Source: Eledone cirrhosa (taxonomy: Eukaryota). Taken from it: DNA of 64,000 nt. Location of the stretch: positions 18,786,001 through 18,850,000 of the forward strand of contig OZ024756.1 of the NCBI GenBank assembly GCA_964016885.1, read 5' to 3'. Shown piece after piece: positions 14,380 to 28,280 of the stretch (the stretch's first letter is position 1; each line of letters opens with the position of its first letter). The notes beneath the pieces are model-generated. The model saw nothing but the letters and a program-made list of their open reading frames with translations. It was not told the origin of the DNA and did no database searches. Both the position numbers and the translations under genes were made by a program.

Positions 14380-14413
14380 CATATATATATATATAAACAC
14401 ATACACACACCCA

Positions 14414-14491
14414 CAGGGTGTCCCAAAAATATATACACACAATAACAGCATTCTAATCAAAGTGTGTATACATTTTTAGGGGGACGCCGTG
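14414..14491. mobile_element. Miniature Tc1/mariner-like MITE
   Basis: Imperfect TIRs of about 27 bp: cagggtgtcccaaaaatatatacacac / gtgtgtatacatttttagggggacgccgtg. Confidence 0.55.
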
Positions 14492-14788
14492 TGTATATAT
14501 ATATATATACACACACATGTAAGTGTGTGAATGTGAGGTGTTTGTAAAACGTACGCATGTTTTTGCGTGTGGGAGAATTTGTGTGCAGGTATTTCTTTTT
14601 TGTGGGGAAGGGCGTCATGGCGGATGGATGGCGGATATATATTTTTACACGAGTCTCTATTCCTGAAAATATCCATACATTATCTGCGTAACTATCTATC
14701 TATCAACCCATCTGTCTATCTGTCAGTTTGTCCGTCTACCTGCCTCCCTCTCTCTCTCATATATATATATATAGATATATATATATAT

Positions 14789-15080
14789 ATAAATTAATAA
14801 AATAATGAATAAACAAAGAAACAGTTCCTTATATTTAAAAAATTCATCATTTTACGATCGTTTCTAGGATATATATGTGTTAGAGTTGGTATGCATATTC
14901 TATAGATCTATGTACAATATTTATACAAAGTATTCCCTCTGATAGTTTGTATAAATATTGTACATAGATCTATAGAATATGCATACCAACACATATATAT
15001 CCTAGAAACGATCGTAAAATGATGAATTTTTTTAATATAAGGAACTGTTTCTTTGTTTATTCATTATTTTATTAATTTAT
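14789..15080. repeat. About 290-bp fold-back palindrome made of the 3' halves of the family I hammerhead
   Basis: Arms are near-perfect reverse complements, each containing GAAA-CGATCG-TA-AAATGATG; homologous to 59660-59815. Confidence 0.8.
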
Positions 15081-15209
15081 CTTGACTCTGTTTTCCGTTT
15101 ATTTTTCACCGAAAATAGTTTTTGAATGCATCTTCTATTTTCATGATATCCGGACTACATTGAGTTCTTCATACGGATTGGACACTACCATAAACTTTTG
15201 GTAGATTTA

Positions 15210-15254
<45 letters not shown>

Positions 15255-15471
15255 CAGTGTGTTCCCCATTTACGCGAAGATGCGTTTGTGAACGCAGCGC
15301 GCAAAGCAAATTCGCGTAATTCAAGCCTAACTTTTTTGGTAAATAAAAATATTTAAAACCACACACGTTATAACGCGTTATTCGCGCAAAGTGAATATTC
15401 AATAATATTTTTTCAAGGGGCGTTAAAGCGAATTCACATATTTCAAGTCCGCGTAAAAAGCGAACAGACTA
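15255..15471. mobile_element. pogo/Tigger-like MITE in (TA)n
   Basis: Imperfect TIRs cagtgtgttccccatttacgcg / cgcgtaaaaagcgaacagacta. Confidence 0.45.
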
Positions 15472-15500
15472 TATATATATATATAACGGGAGGAAACATA

Positions 15501-15554
15501 ATAGTTCCACTGATGATGTCGCAGATGTGTGGCGAAAGAACTTCGATAGACTAT
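15501..15554 (+). ncRNA. Degenerate hammerhead related to 33597-33641
   Basis: CTGATGA-T-GTCGCA/GATG/TGTGGC-GAAA-GAAC-TT; proximal stem I mismatched. Confidence 0.35.
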
Positions 15555-15699
15555 ACATATATATTTATATCTGTATTTTTAACCGTTGGTCAATCAATAA
15601 TAAACATTGATTGCCAACTAAATTAACTATGGAGATATAAAAGATACAGCTGCGAAAACCAACCCAAAACCAGACAGTGAGTGTGTTCTGTTATTATTT

Positions 15700-15845
15700 C
15701 TGGCATAGTTACGTCCCTTTACAGTCTGAGTTCAAATCCCGCCGAGGTTAACTTTGCCTTTCATCCTTACGGGGTCGATAAAATAAAGTACCAGTAATGT
15801 ACTGAGTAATTGCTGGTCTTGTGCCAAAAGTAGAAACAATTATTT
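15700..15845 (+). mobile_element. SINE family 1 (partial)
   Basis: gagttcaaatcccgccgaggttaactttgcctttcatccttacggggtcgataaaataaagtaccag. Confidence 0.75.
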
Positions 15846-16700
15846 CTGGCAGTATTATATTGTTAAAACAATATTATCCGCTTTGGATTAGCCTGTCAGG
15901 AAATTATTTTTATCAGTAACTCCCATAAACTAACACCGAAACACCGAAGTTGCTATGTCAGGTGAAACGTCAACTGTTAAGGCAGAGAAGGGGGAGAAAG
16001 TTGAAGGTATGAAGGCAAAAAATAAAATTCAGATAAAATCTAATAATAGGCACACCCATCCACAAGAATATGGTCCGAACGTGAAAGAGCGGCCTTCCCA
16101 CTGTCGTCGCCTCCATCTCTCTCGCACTCCCCCATCTCTCTGTATGTGAGGAAATGGGGTCCCACGTGCTGGCCTCCCCACAGTCGTCCCGGCGGACGGA
16201 ATGGAGAAGGCGTTTCCCCGCAGGATGGTAAGGGAGATGCGCTGTAAGGGCCATTACTAATGACTGATACAAAGGATTGAAATGTTTCTGTTGGGGAAAC
16301 TTTAGTTCGACATTTATAAAGTTTACTCTACGTTAGAATATTGGTTTCTTATATAGGCACAAGGCTAGCAATCGTGGAGGGGAAAATCGATTAAATCGAC
16401 CCCAGTGCGTGATTGGTACTTTATTTTATCGACCCCACATTATATATATATATATATATATATAAATATATAACAAAGGAAATGTGGTAAGGAACCAGAT
16501 GGACGATAACGCACCAGAGTACTCAATACTTAGGGTAGTAGAGTGGGAAATACACTATATGTATATTAAATATATATATATATATTTAATATACATATAG
16601 TGTATATTTAATATATGTAGATTTAAGGAGATTTAATTTATGTTGATTTAAAACTGCACTATCCACAAGTGTTTTTTAGCCTTCATATCATGTTCTCCTG

Positions 16701-16767
16701 TTTTATCTGATGAAAACACAAATATTATTGCATGATGATGTTTGTTTTTGAAATGCGCATAATAAAA
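16701..16767 (+). ncRNA. Type I hammerhead (family D)
   Basis: Near-identical to 13408-13474. Confidence 0.8.
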
Positions 16768-16849
16768 TACATGGAACTCCTGTAACCATCTTTTGATCTT
16801 ATATTATATTCAGTATATGTATATTTAATATATATATATAATATATATA

Positions 16850-17015
16850 ATTGTTTCTACTATTGGCACAAGGCCAGTAATTATCCCAGTGCATTACTGG
16901 TACTTTATTTTATCGACCCCCGTAAGTTAACCTCGGCGGGATTTGAAATCAGACCGTAAAGGGCCGTAACTCTATGCTGCAAAGCATGGTGTCCGACTCT
17001 CTATCGATATTGTCA
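16850..17015 (-). mobile_element. SINE family 1
   Basis: Same motifs as the other copies; a further fragment lies at 16335-16435. Confidence 0.7.
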
Positions 17016-17169
17016 ATTATGTGTTAGAAAATTGAAAGCAGCATTTGTCTGTGTGTGTGGGGGGTGGGGTGGGGGGGTTGTGTGTGGTGTGTGGCTGTGT
17101 GGATGTGTGTGGATGTATGTGTGTGTTTGTGTTAGAATATCGAAAGCGACATCTCTCTCTCTCTCTCTT

Positions 17170-17240
<71 letters not shown>

Positions 17241-17322
17241 GCATGTATGTGTGTGTACGATTGTGTGAACGTGAGAAATTATTTATAATAAAGTAAGTAT
17301 TTTTAGAAGTTTCAGTGTAATT

Positions 17323-17357
<35 letters not shown>

Positions 17358-17737
17358 CGGCGGCGGTGGTGGTGCTTTACATTAGTTGGGGGAGTGTTCT
17401 GAGAGTACTCGAATGAAAGGTAAAAGGAAGAGACAATTTAGGAAGCTAAATAAACTAACGCATACACGCACATACACACACACAAACGCATACACACACA
17501 CAAGCACATACACACACACACACACATAGCTATTATTATAGGTTACTAACCCGACGATCAAACTTAAACCCCCTCGATGGCAAGATGAGAAGTTATGAGT
17601 AAATTAACAGTAAATATATTCAACGTAAAATGTTATAAGAAGGGCGGTGCCCCAGCATGGCCTAAGCCGGATGGGTGTAACAGGTAAAAGAAATATTATA
17701 CACACGAAGTTGAGACTAAAAAAAGTTATAAACATGT

Positions 17738-17786
<49 letters not shown>

Positions 17787-19129
17787 AATCAGAATCTCCA
17801 TTAGTTTATCATATTCGACGTTTCAAATGTGCTTACTCTATTTTCAAGGTTAGCAGTTTGAAGCAATACAGTAACGGAGGTGTGACGTATGATCTACCGA
17901 GTTATTGGTTACTTGATCAGTGATATCAGGCCCATTAGTTGCTTAGTAGTTGAGCCAAGATTACTCGCTGACTCAGGCTCACTAGTTGCTTAGTAGTTGA
18001 CTCAAGCTTACTCGTTGACTTAGTCTTACTCGATGGCCCAAGCTTATTAGTTGGATCAAGCTTATTGGCTCAGCTTTACTCGTTGCCTCAAGCTTATTGG
18101 CTCAAGCTTATTGGATCAGACTTGCTCGTTGGCTCAGACTTACTATTATAGTTGACCAAAGGCTTCTTGTTAGTTCAGGTTCTTTAGCTGCCCCAGACTT
18201 ACTCGTTGGTTTAGGCTCCCTTTTATTGCTCACCGCCAACTCCCGTTAGCAAAGTTTTTCTCGATTGCCCACGCATTATTCAAAGTAAAATGACAGAGTG
18301 ATCTATCTTGCATAAAGAATTATCTAAAACATTGAACTGGTTCAACATGTTTCAATTATTCGATGTTGATAACCCATAATAATAATGATTTCCAATTTAG
18401 GCATAAGGCCAACGATTTGAGATGGAAGGGGAAGACAATGAAAATGACCCCCGTACATAACTGGTGCTTTATTTTAACGAGCTCGGAAGATTTTGAATCC
18501 AGAAAATTGAATGACAAATAATAAGAATAATCATAACAGAAACAAACAAAGTGTAGCTAGGAAGTATATATGTAGGATTGGGTGAGTGGGGGAAAAGATG
18601 GGGGGGGGTGATAGGGAGAGAAGGAAAATGAGAACAAGAGAGAGAGAGAGAGAGAGGAGTGGAGAGAGAGAGAGAAGGAGAGAAAAAACTGAGAGCAAGA
18701 GAGATAGGGAGAGAGAGAGTGAGATAGGGGGCGAAGGAGAGAAGGAAAGAGAGCTAGAGATATAAGGAGAGAAGGAGAGAGAGGGAGAGCAAGAAAGAAA
18801 AGGAGAGATGAAAGAGAGCTAGAGATAAGGAAAGAAGGAAATAGAGAGCAAAAGAGAGCAATAGAGGTTGGGAAAGAGGGAGATAGTGTGTAGATGAGTA
18901 GTACGAAAGGCTGTCAGTGGTGTTGGTAGTGGTGATGGAGGTGTTGGTGGTGGCGGTGATGGAGGTGTTGGTGGTGGTGGTGGTGGTGGAGTTGTTGGTG
19001 GTAGCGGTGATGGAGTAAGAAGGGGTGTTGTTGTTGTTGGTGGGGGGGGGGGGAGTCAGTATAAATTCGATGCTATAAATGTTACTATCTATTACCATTG
19101 TTGAATCAGATTGCACAAGAAAACAGTAA

Positions 19130-20050
19130 GCATCCCCATCAGCACCACCACCACCAACACAATCACCAGCATCCCCATCACCACCTGCACCACCACCATC
19201 AGCACCACCATCAGCAACAAAACCAACACCATCACCACCACGACCGACACAAACAACATCACCACCACCACCACCACCACCATCACAATCACCACCACCA
19301 CCACCATCACAATCACCACCACCACCAACACAATCACCACCAACACCACCATCACAATCACCACCACCACCAACACAATCACCACCACCACCACCATCAC
19401 AATCACCACCACCACCAACACCACCACCATTACAATCACCACCACCACCAACACCACCACCATTACAATCACCACCACCACCATCACAATCACCACCACC
19501 ATCACAATCACCACCACCACCAACACCACCACCATTACAATCACCACCACCACCAACACAATCACCATCACCACCACCATCACAATCACCACCACCACCA
19601 CCACCACAATCACCACCACCACCAACACAATCACCACCACCACCACCATCACAATCACCACCACCACCACCACCATCACAATCACCACCACCACCACCAC
19701 AATCACCACCACCACCAACACAATCACCACCACCACCACCATCACAATCACCACCACCACCACCATCACAATCACCACCACCACCACCATCACAATCACC
19801 ACCACCACCACCATCACAATCACCACCACCACTACCAACACAATCACCACCACCACCACCATCACAATCACAATCACCACCACCACCAACACAATCACCA
19901 CCACCACCATCACAATCACCACCACCACCAACACAATCACCACCACCACCAACACAATCACCACCACCACCACCATCACAATCACCACCACCAACACAAT
20001 CACCACCACCACCACCATCACCATCACAACCCAGTACGCTACCACCACAA
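19130..20050. repeat. (ACC)n-based compound minisatellite (cacaatcaccaccacc units)
   Basis: Direct reading; gives the poly-T/H/V ORFs. Confidence 0.9.
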
Positions 20051-20100
20051 ATAAATAAATAACATTGCTAGCAACTGATGAAAAGTATATTGATGAATGT

Positions 20101-20226
<126 letters not shown>

Positions 20227-20323
20227 CGTGCGCGCCAAACAGTTGTTTCCTCAACTTATCTGAACTTTTATATATAAGAAAATACTATATATTTTCAGCC
20301 GTTCAACAGATTGGCAGATGTAT

Positions 20324-20366
20324 ACAGTCCTGATGAAAAGTAATGACCCGGAAATATGTTGATTGT
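20324..20366 (+). ncRNA. Degenerate hammerhead (family J)
   Basis: ACAGTC-CTGATGA-..-GAAA-TATG-TT-GATTGT; stem I pairs but stem II is weak; related to 60331-60375. Confidence 0.4.
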
Positions 20367-20519
20367 TCCTCGAGGCCAGTGTTGAACAAACGGATAACGA
20401 TTGGTCATCGGCTCGGCACAGCTTTAATCGGGCTGTTTGTTTACAAACGAATCGAATATTATTATTATTCGATACAACCCATACGTACATACGTATATGT
20501 ATATATGTGTGTATGTATG

Positions 20520-20626
<107 letters not shown>

Positions 20627-20690
20627 GGTAAACAGAAATAACAACACAATTGGTACAGTATATGGGAAGTATATATTAGGTTAACGCTTG

Positions 20691-20840
20691 ATATAGCAGG
20701 AAGAGGGTCTTAACGTTTCGGACGCTAGTCCTTCATCAGAAGAAAGAATGAGAAATAATATATATATATATATTATTTCTCATTCTTTCTTCTGATGAAG
20801 GACTAGCGTCCGAAACGTTAAGACCCTCTTCCTGCTATAT
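20691..20840. ncRNA. Perfect 150-bp palindrome with two divergent minimal hammerheads (family E): 20708-20743 (-) and 20788-20823 (+)
   Basis: TCTT-CTGATGA-A-GGAC/TAGC/GTCC-GAAA-CG-TT-AAGA; loop-less palindromic stem III (AACGTT) as in minimal Penelope-type HHRs. Confidence 0.8.
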
Positions 20841-20909
20841 ATATATATATATTTGTATGTTTGTATGTGTGTGTGTATGTGCGTGTATATGTGTGTGTAC
20901 GTATGCATA

Positions 20910-20940
<31 letters not shown>

Positions 20941-20947
<7 letters not shown>

Positions 20948-21292
20948 AAAGAACACAAGAGCGTCTACAACATCAAAAGATTTTTATTGGCTTACAATGT
21001 TTCTTCCTTACGTAACCGGGGATTCGTCAGAGCTATAAAAGGGGTTTGATTGGTGTTATGGACTCTACCAACCAAACATTCAAGAACAAAGAGTAAAGAG
21101 AGTAAAGAGCAAAAGTAGGGGGCTCTTTACTCTCTTTACTCTTTGTTCTTGAATGTTTGGTTGGTAGAGTCCATAACACCAATCAAACCCCTTTTATAGC
21201 TCTGACGAATCCTACGGTTACGTAAGGAAGAAACATTGTAAGCCAATAAAAATATTTTGATGTTGTAGACGCTCTTGTGTTCTTTATCATAT
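20941..21292. ncRNA. About 350-bp palindrome with two divergent hammerheads (family F): 20990-21033 (-) and 21199-21243 (+)
   Basis: GCT-CTGACGA-A-TCCTACG/GTTA/CGTAAGGA-A-GAAA-CATTG-TA-AGC; arms of about 170 bp. Confidence 0.75.
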
Positions 21293-21807
21293 ATACGGCT
21301 CTGCTCCAAAGCATAGAGCTAATTATTATGCTGCCAATACAATGATGGTATCATTGGATACCATCAGGGTTACAGGTGTTATATCAGAGTTTTCCTTCTC
21401 CTAGAATTCTGCCTTGACAAAGGCTAAGAGGTCATCTCTCCCGCTGATTTTGGATGGCCATTGACTCTTAAGAGCTCCTTTGCCTTTTGACATACATACA
21501 TACATACATACATACATACATACATACCTAGTATACATACCTATCTCTATATACTCAAGGACCTATTATAGACTCCTATTGAGTCGGGTTATGGATGAGA
21601 CTAATCGAAGGTTACAAAGAACCTAGCGTCTAAAAATAGCGTTTTTTTTTTAGCCCTATACCTCAACCTCATTTGCATATTTATCTTAATAACTTGAAAT
21701 ATTTGACTTTTCTTCTCTTTCCCTTCTTTCCTTTACTATCCAGGAAAAACTTGAACCGTTAAGATCTGCTTCCTGGTTATGTCAATATTTATAAAACACA
21801 CTTTGTA

Positions 21808-21864
21808 TTTTATCTGATGAGGGCGTACCAAAGTTTTGGTACCCTTGAAATATATATATTAGAA
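21808..21864 (+). ncRNA. Type I hammerhead (family C)
   Basis: TTTTAT-CTGATGA-GGGCGTACCAA/AGTT/TTGGTACCCTT-GAAA-TATATA-TA-TTAGAA. Confidence 0.65.
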
Positions 21865-22037
21865 TAAATATGGTTTTATAAATATAGTTTCCATTTATTA
21901 ATATCATTGTGTATGTATATATATATATATATATATATTAATTTATTAAAATAACAGATTTAGGGTTCTTATATATTTGATATATATTTATCCTTATCGA
22001 GCCCTCTTTGGATTTTAGTCTTCAAATTTATTATTAT

Positions 22038-22097
<60 letters not shown>

Positions 22098-22189
22098 CGT
22101 GTATACTCTGAATAACTTTGAAATGTTTTGGCCAGTATTGGCCCAGGCCATGTCTAACTTAATAGCACCACCTGGCGAAGTCTTTCAAT

Positions 22190-22420
22190 TCAGGATTTGG
22201 GCACCATGGCCCATTCGAGAAGAGAATTACTGTTTGCGGAGACATATCCGGGTGTGGGTGGTTTGTCCGGGATTACTTGGAGGAATTTGTCCAAAGACTT
22301 CTTGAATTTTGTGTGGTCAGTTTCTGTTTTGACGTGTCCTGGTGTGATGTTGAAGAGAGCAGGGCCGATTGAGGTGAAATAATTGTGCCGTATTGTTGTT
22401 ATGAGTTGCGATTTAGATTT
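22190..22420 (-). mobile_element. 3' fragment of a CR1/L2-group LINE ORF2
   Basis: Translation ..FTSIGPALFNITP..FKKSLDKFLQVIPDKP.. fits the C-terminus of CR1-like ORF2. Confidence 0.55.
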
Positions 22421-23432
22421 TTGTTGTATGTATGTGTATAGAAAAAACTTATATATATATATATATCCTCTATACATTATATACATGTGTATATGTATAT
22501 ATAGAGAGAGAGAGTGAGAAAGAGAGAGAGGGGGAGAGTGAGACAGAGTATATACATATATGTATATATCCTCTATACATTATATACATGTGTATATGTA
22601 TATATATAGAGAGAGAGAGAGTGAGAAAGAGAGAGAGGGGGAGAGTGAGAGAGAGTATATACATATATGTATATACACATATATATGTGTATATACATAT
22701 ATGTGTGTGTATGTTAGTGTATAGACACACGTATATTGGTTGATTGATTAGTTGACACGCGCATTTGTCTGTATATGTGTGTCTATATATATATATATAT
22801 ACACACATACATACACATACATACATATAAATACATATATACAAATACTTATATATATATAAATGTGTGTGTGTGTATGTGTGTGTTTGTGTGTGTGTGT
22901 GTTTAGTATTATATGTCTGCATATATATACTTTTATATGTATATATATATATATATACGTATACATACACACACACACACAGGCATATACATATATAGTA
23001 ACCTCATGTGTGTGACATTATTATTATATGTGTGTGTATCTAGTGTGTGTATGTAGTGTGTCTATGTGTGTGTAGTATATGTATGTAGGTGTACGTATGT
23101 AGTATGTATGTAGTATATATATGTGTGTGTATGTGTAGGTGTACGTATGTAGTATATATGTAGTATATATATATGTGTGTGTGTGTATGTGTATGTAGGT
23201 GTACGTATGAAGTATGTATGTAGTATATATGTGTGTGTGTGGGTGTGTGTGTAAGTGTACGTATGTAGTATATATGTAGTATATATATATGTGTGTGTGT
23301 ATGTGTATGTAGGTGTACGTATGTAGTATGTATGTAGTATATATGTGTGTGTATGTTTGTAGTATGTGTATGTAGGTGTAGGTATGTAGTATGTGTGTAG
23401 TATGTATGTGTGTAGTATGTATGTGTATGTAG

Positions 23433-23497
<65 letters not shown>

Positions 23498-23649
23498 GTA
23501 TGGTACACCTGGAATATAAACTTAGTTGTTCGTGTGAAAAAACCTTCACTAGATGGAGCAGTAGTCGACATCCTTGAAATACCGTTCCTTGGCATCACTA
23601 TATATCATTTGAAAACTAAAATAGCAGACAATTTACAACAGTCTTCAGT

Positions 23650-23920
23650 TTTGCTGCTGTAACTGTTGCTGCTGTAACTGTTGTTGTTGTTGTTGCTGCT
23701 GTAACTGTTGTTGTTGTTGCTGCTGTAACTGTTGTTGTTGTTTTTGCTGCTGTAACTGTTGCTGCTGTAGCTGTTGTTGTTGTTGTTGCTGCTGTAACTG
23801 TTGTTGTTGTTGCTGCTGTAACTGTTGTTGTTGTTGCTGCTGTAGCTGTTGTTGTTGTTGCTGCTGTAACTGTTGTTGCTGTTATTGTTGTTGCTGTAAC
23901 TGTTGCTGTTACTGTTGTTA
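23650..23920. repeat. (GTT)/(GCT) compound repeat
   Basis: Direct reading. Confidence 0.85.
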
Positions 23921-24022
23921 TATATACACACACACACACATACATACATATATATATATATATATATGGAGGGGGAGGGGGGTATGTGTGTGTGTTGCTG
24001 TTACTTTAGATTACTATTGTTG

Positions 24023-24062
<40 letters not shown>

Positions 24063-24069
<7 letters not shown>

Positions 24070-24249
24070 CGATATTAAACAAATGGAAACTATATTTATA
24101 AAACCATATTTATTTCATTATACATATTTCAGGGATACCATATTAAAAATATGGCATGCTTTCGTCAGATAATATGGTAACCCTGAAATATGTATAATGA
24201 AATAAATATGGTTTTATAAATATAGTTTCCATTTATTAATATCGTATAT
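24063..24249. ncRNA. Fold-back palindrome containing a family C hammerhead (24115-24172, minus)
   Basis: TTAT-CTGACGA-AAGCATGCCATAT..ATATGGTATCCCT-GAAA-TATGTA-TA-ATGA; the right arm repeats only the 3' half. Confidence 0.65.
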
Positions 24250-24354
24250 CTACTCCAAAAATTTGTCGAGTGCTTTATATCAGTTATAAAATATTTACTT
24301 GTTGTAACCCAACAATTTTAAATAAAACTTTTGCATATATATATATATATATAT

Positions 24355-24401
24355 ATTCCTGATGATTTCTAAAGAATGAAACAGTTCTAGTCCTGTAGAA
24401 T
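24355..24401 (+). ncRNA. Type I hammerhead (family B)
   Basis: ATTC-CTGATGA-TTTCTAAAGAAT-GAAA-CAG..CTG-TA-GAAT, flanked on both sides by (TA)n. Confidence 0.75.
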
Positions 24402-24949
24402 CTCATCTATATTAAAACTATATATATATATATATGGTGGGGTAGGTATGTGTGTGTGTGTATTGCTGTTACTGTTGTTGCTGCTGTTGGTGTTGTTGGT
24501 GGTGTTGTCGCTGCTGCTCTTGACGTTGTTGCTATTGTTGTTGTTGTTGTTGTTGATGCTGCTGCTGTTGCTGTTCTTGATGTTGTTGCTGCTGTTGTTC
24601 CTGTTGTTAGAAGTCTTTCTTCTTTTTCCTGTGTTTCCTTGTTGCTGATGTTATTGTTGATGGTAATGACGGAGCTGCAGTACATGATGATGATGATGAT
24701 GATATTGATGATGCAATACATGGTGGTGGTGATGATGGTGATGATGGTGGTGGTCGTGGTGAGGAGGATGATGGTGGTAGTGGTGGTGAGGATAATGATT
24801 GTGATGATAATGAAGATGATGATGATTTTGATGGTCCTCTATCATTACTTCAACCATCCGGTCTGCTCCCCTACCGTTACCTTCATCACCTGGTCAGTTC
24901 TTCTACAGTTACCTTCATCAACAAGTCTGGTACCCTATCACTTCATCTA

Positions 24950-25565
24950 GACTGTGTTGAAACTAAAACAATGACTTTGTGGAAGGGTCATTTTAGCCAG
25001 ATGTACTTGTTTGGCAGATGACTTGATCTCATATCATGTTGAAACTAAAACAATTTCTTTGGAAGGGTCATTTTAGCCAGATGTACTTGTTTGGCAGATG
25101 ACTTGATCTCATATCATGTTGAAACTAAAACAATTTCTTTGGAAGGGTCATTTTAGCCAGATGTACTTGTTTGGCAGATGACTTGATCTCATATCATGTT
25201 GAAACTAAAACAATTTCTTTGGAAGGGTCATTTTAGCCAGTTGTACTTGTCTGGCAGATGACTTGACCTCAGACCATGTTGAAACTAAAACAATTACTTT
25301 GAGGAAGAGTTATTTCATCCACACTTGTACTTGTCTGGCAGGTGACTTGATCTAAGATCATGTTGAAACTAAAACAATTACTTTGAGGAAGAGTCATTTC
25401 ATTCACACTTGTACTTGTCTGGCAGGTGACTTGATCTAAGATCATGTTGAAACTAAAACAATTACTTTGAGGAAGAGTTATTTCATCCACAGTTGTACTT
25501 GTCTGGCAAGTGACTTGATCTAAGATCGTGTGTTGAAATTGAAACAACTATATTTTAGCCACACT
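24950..25565. repeat. 80-81-bp minisatellite, about 7.5 copies
   Basis: tcatgttgaaactaaaacaat recurs at 25034, 25114, 25194 and onward. Confidence 0.9.
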
Positions 25566-26045
25566 TACATTTACATTGTAAGTACCTTATGAACACTTGA
25601 TTCCTTATGGGCCTGCTTTTCAATAGGTCATTGTATATCATTCCTTTACCACTGACGATGTAAGATGTAACCAATACTTAACTTATATTTTTACTATATT
25701 GTTGTAGCATAGATTTTTTTTTAAAATATTTGTAATGAAATATTTGTAAGAAATCTATTCTATTTTCTCAATTTGTTATATATCCTCGTGGATTTTTGAA
25801 TTACGGTTGCTGTTGTGTACTAAACTAGGAAGATGCTGGCCGTTTCAATTGATGAAATTGTGAGAACGCTAACGTTTTCATATGTTGAGCTGTTGAAACA
25901 ATACTTCCACTCTGATTTCATGGTTAAGGCTTCTGGCTGGGAATGTTTCCTTACAATTGATCCTATATGTGTTTGTTCCAAACACACATTTGTAAGCAAC
26001 AAGATCAAAATCATTGGAAATCGATGTAAACCTTTATTATACACG

Positions 26046-26089
<44 letters not shown>

Positions 26090-26175
26090 CATATATATAT
26101 GTGCATGTATGTAGGTGTGTATGTTTGTGTGGTATATATGCATGTATGTAGGTGTGTAGGTGTGTATGGTTGTGT

Positions 26176-26212
<37 letters not shown>

Positions 26213-26288
26213 CGAAGGAATTGTTGTCTTCGTCCAGAAATAGTCGTCGAAACGGCTTGAGCTCTGCCGTCGGGGTCATACCTTTTCC

Positions 26289-26370
<82 letters not shown>

Positions 26371-27013
26371 TATGTGTAATCAGCCTATTGTTCCGGCATC
26401 AGGTGTATCCATCTTTGATAGGAATTCGTCAAAGGTAAACGTTTCGTGACGTAACACTAAATTCTTTCTTTGTGATAGTATATCCCCTCCCCCAACCCTA
26501 CCTACCACCACCACCACTACCCTGTCTACCACCACGCCAACCCTGCTACCACCACCACCTTGTCTGCCACCCCCCCAAACCCTGCCTATTACCACCCCAA
26601 CCCTACCACCACCACCCCAACCACCACAATTATAAAGGTGGGAGCCTCTATGTAGCCACTCGAACTGCTAGAAGTAACAGCTAAATCACAACCTTCCATC
26701 TTAAAACAGGAAGGACACATTCGGCAGTGTAGTCATTGATATATGAGAAGGTATGTGGGTATGGTCATGGCTGGAATGTCTTTGATCATACGCTAGCCTC
26801 ATCAGGGCTGGCCTAGGGTTGTACAACGACAATAACAACCAATAGAATGCATAAATAGAGAAATTAATACCTACTCTCTCTCTCTTTCTCTCTCTCTCTC
26901 TCTTTATCCCTCTACCACTCACTCCTTCACTCCTGTTTTGTCTCTGTCTCTCACTCTCTCTCTTACATTATCTCTCTAACTCTCTCTCTCTAGCTCTCTT
27001 TCATTATCTCTCT

Positions 27014-27058
<45 letters not shown>

Positions 27059-27205
27059 TCAACAATGCCGTGCCGTACGGTATTTCCTTAAAAACCTGTA
27101 ACTTAAGACAACAACAACAACAACAACAACAATCTACCTACTTGCTAATCTAAAAATGTCTATTAAACTCAAGTATCGCAGCCGAGCCTGATGTTCTTGA
27201 TGCCG

Positions 27206-27240
<35 letters not shown>

Positions 27241-27694
27241 GCTGCTGCCATTTATCACAGCATAATCTAGCGGTGCTTCATACTACCTTCCGCCTCTTCA
27301 CATGCAACCGTATTATTAACGAACCCGTTTACGGTAAAGAGGCAAGGTTACAAGCCCGAATTCACATTCACTAGTCATCTAGCGTCAATGTATATCGGCA
27401 TCAACAAGAAACAACTGCCGGCATTACACAACAACCAGCCATATTTAACCACTTCACTTTTTCACGACACACTCTTTTTACTTTTACCTGTAACATGCAG
27501 CCGACAAGACTAAACTGGAGAGAATCTTGACGCAGACATTTTTTCACACGAGTTTTGTCTTTTGTTGTTGTTTTGTTGTTGTTTTTTTTATACCTGACAT
27601 CTAATTAATGATGATATATCTCATTCGCTCCACCTTTTTCTCTCGGTTTTTCACGTACCGTATACACAGACACACACATTCAAAGACATCGTTT

Positions 27695-27782
<88 letters not shown>

Positions 27783-27861
27783 AAAGTTTTATTTAAAATT
27801 GTTGGGTTACCACAAGTAAATATTTTATAACTGATATAAAGCACTCAAGTTTTTGGAGTAG

Positions 27862-28206
27862 ATATACGATATTAAACAAATGGAAACTATATTTATAAAA
27901 CCATATTTATTTCATTATACATATTTCAGGGATACCATATTAAAAATATGGCATGCCTTCGTCAGATAAAATACAATATATAAACAGTTTTATAAATAAT
28001 TTTGACGTACCATAATATGAGCGACCATTAAATTAGGAGGCTGCCTTGGTTGCTCATATTATGGTACGTCAAAATTATTTATAAAACTGTTTATATATTG
28101 TATTTTATCTGACGAAGGCATGCCATATTTTTAATATGGTATCCCTGAAATATGTATAATGAAATAAATATGGTTTTATAAATATAGTTTCCATTTGTTT
28201 AATATC

Positions 28207-28212
<6 letters not shown>
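27862..28212. ncRNA. About 350-bp palindrome with two divergent family C hammerheads: 27910-27971 (-) and 28103-28164 (+)
   Basis: TTTTAT-CTGACGA-AGGCATGCCATAT/TTTTA/ATATGGTATCCCT-GAAA-TATGTA-TA-ATGAAA; near-perfect arms of about 165 bp. Confidence 0.8.

Positions 28213-28276
<64 letters not shown>

Positions 28277-28280
<4 letters not shown>

Noticed and set aside
19092-20058. Poly-His/Thr/Val ORFs of about 318 aa
   Set aside because: An (ACC)n-based repeat open in several frames, with no unique coding flanks.
24950-25565. Regular arrays (also 9496-10400 and 55801-56745) as possible CRISPR arrays
   Set aside because: They are head-to-tail repeats without unique spacers, in eukaryotic DNA with no cas genes.
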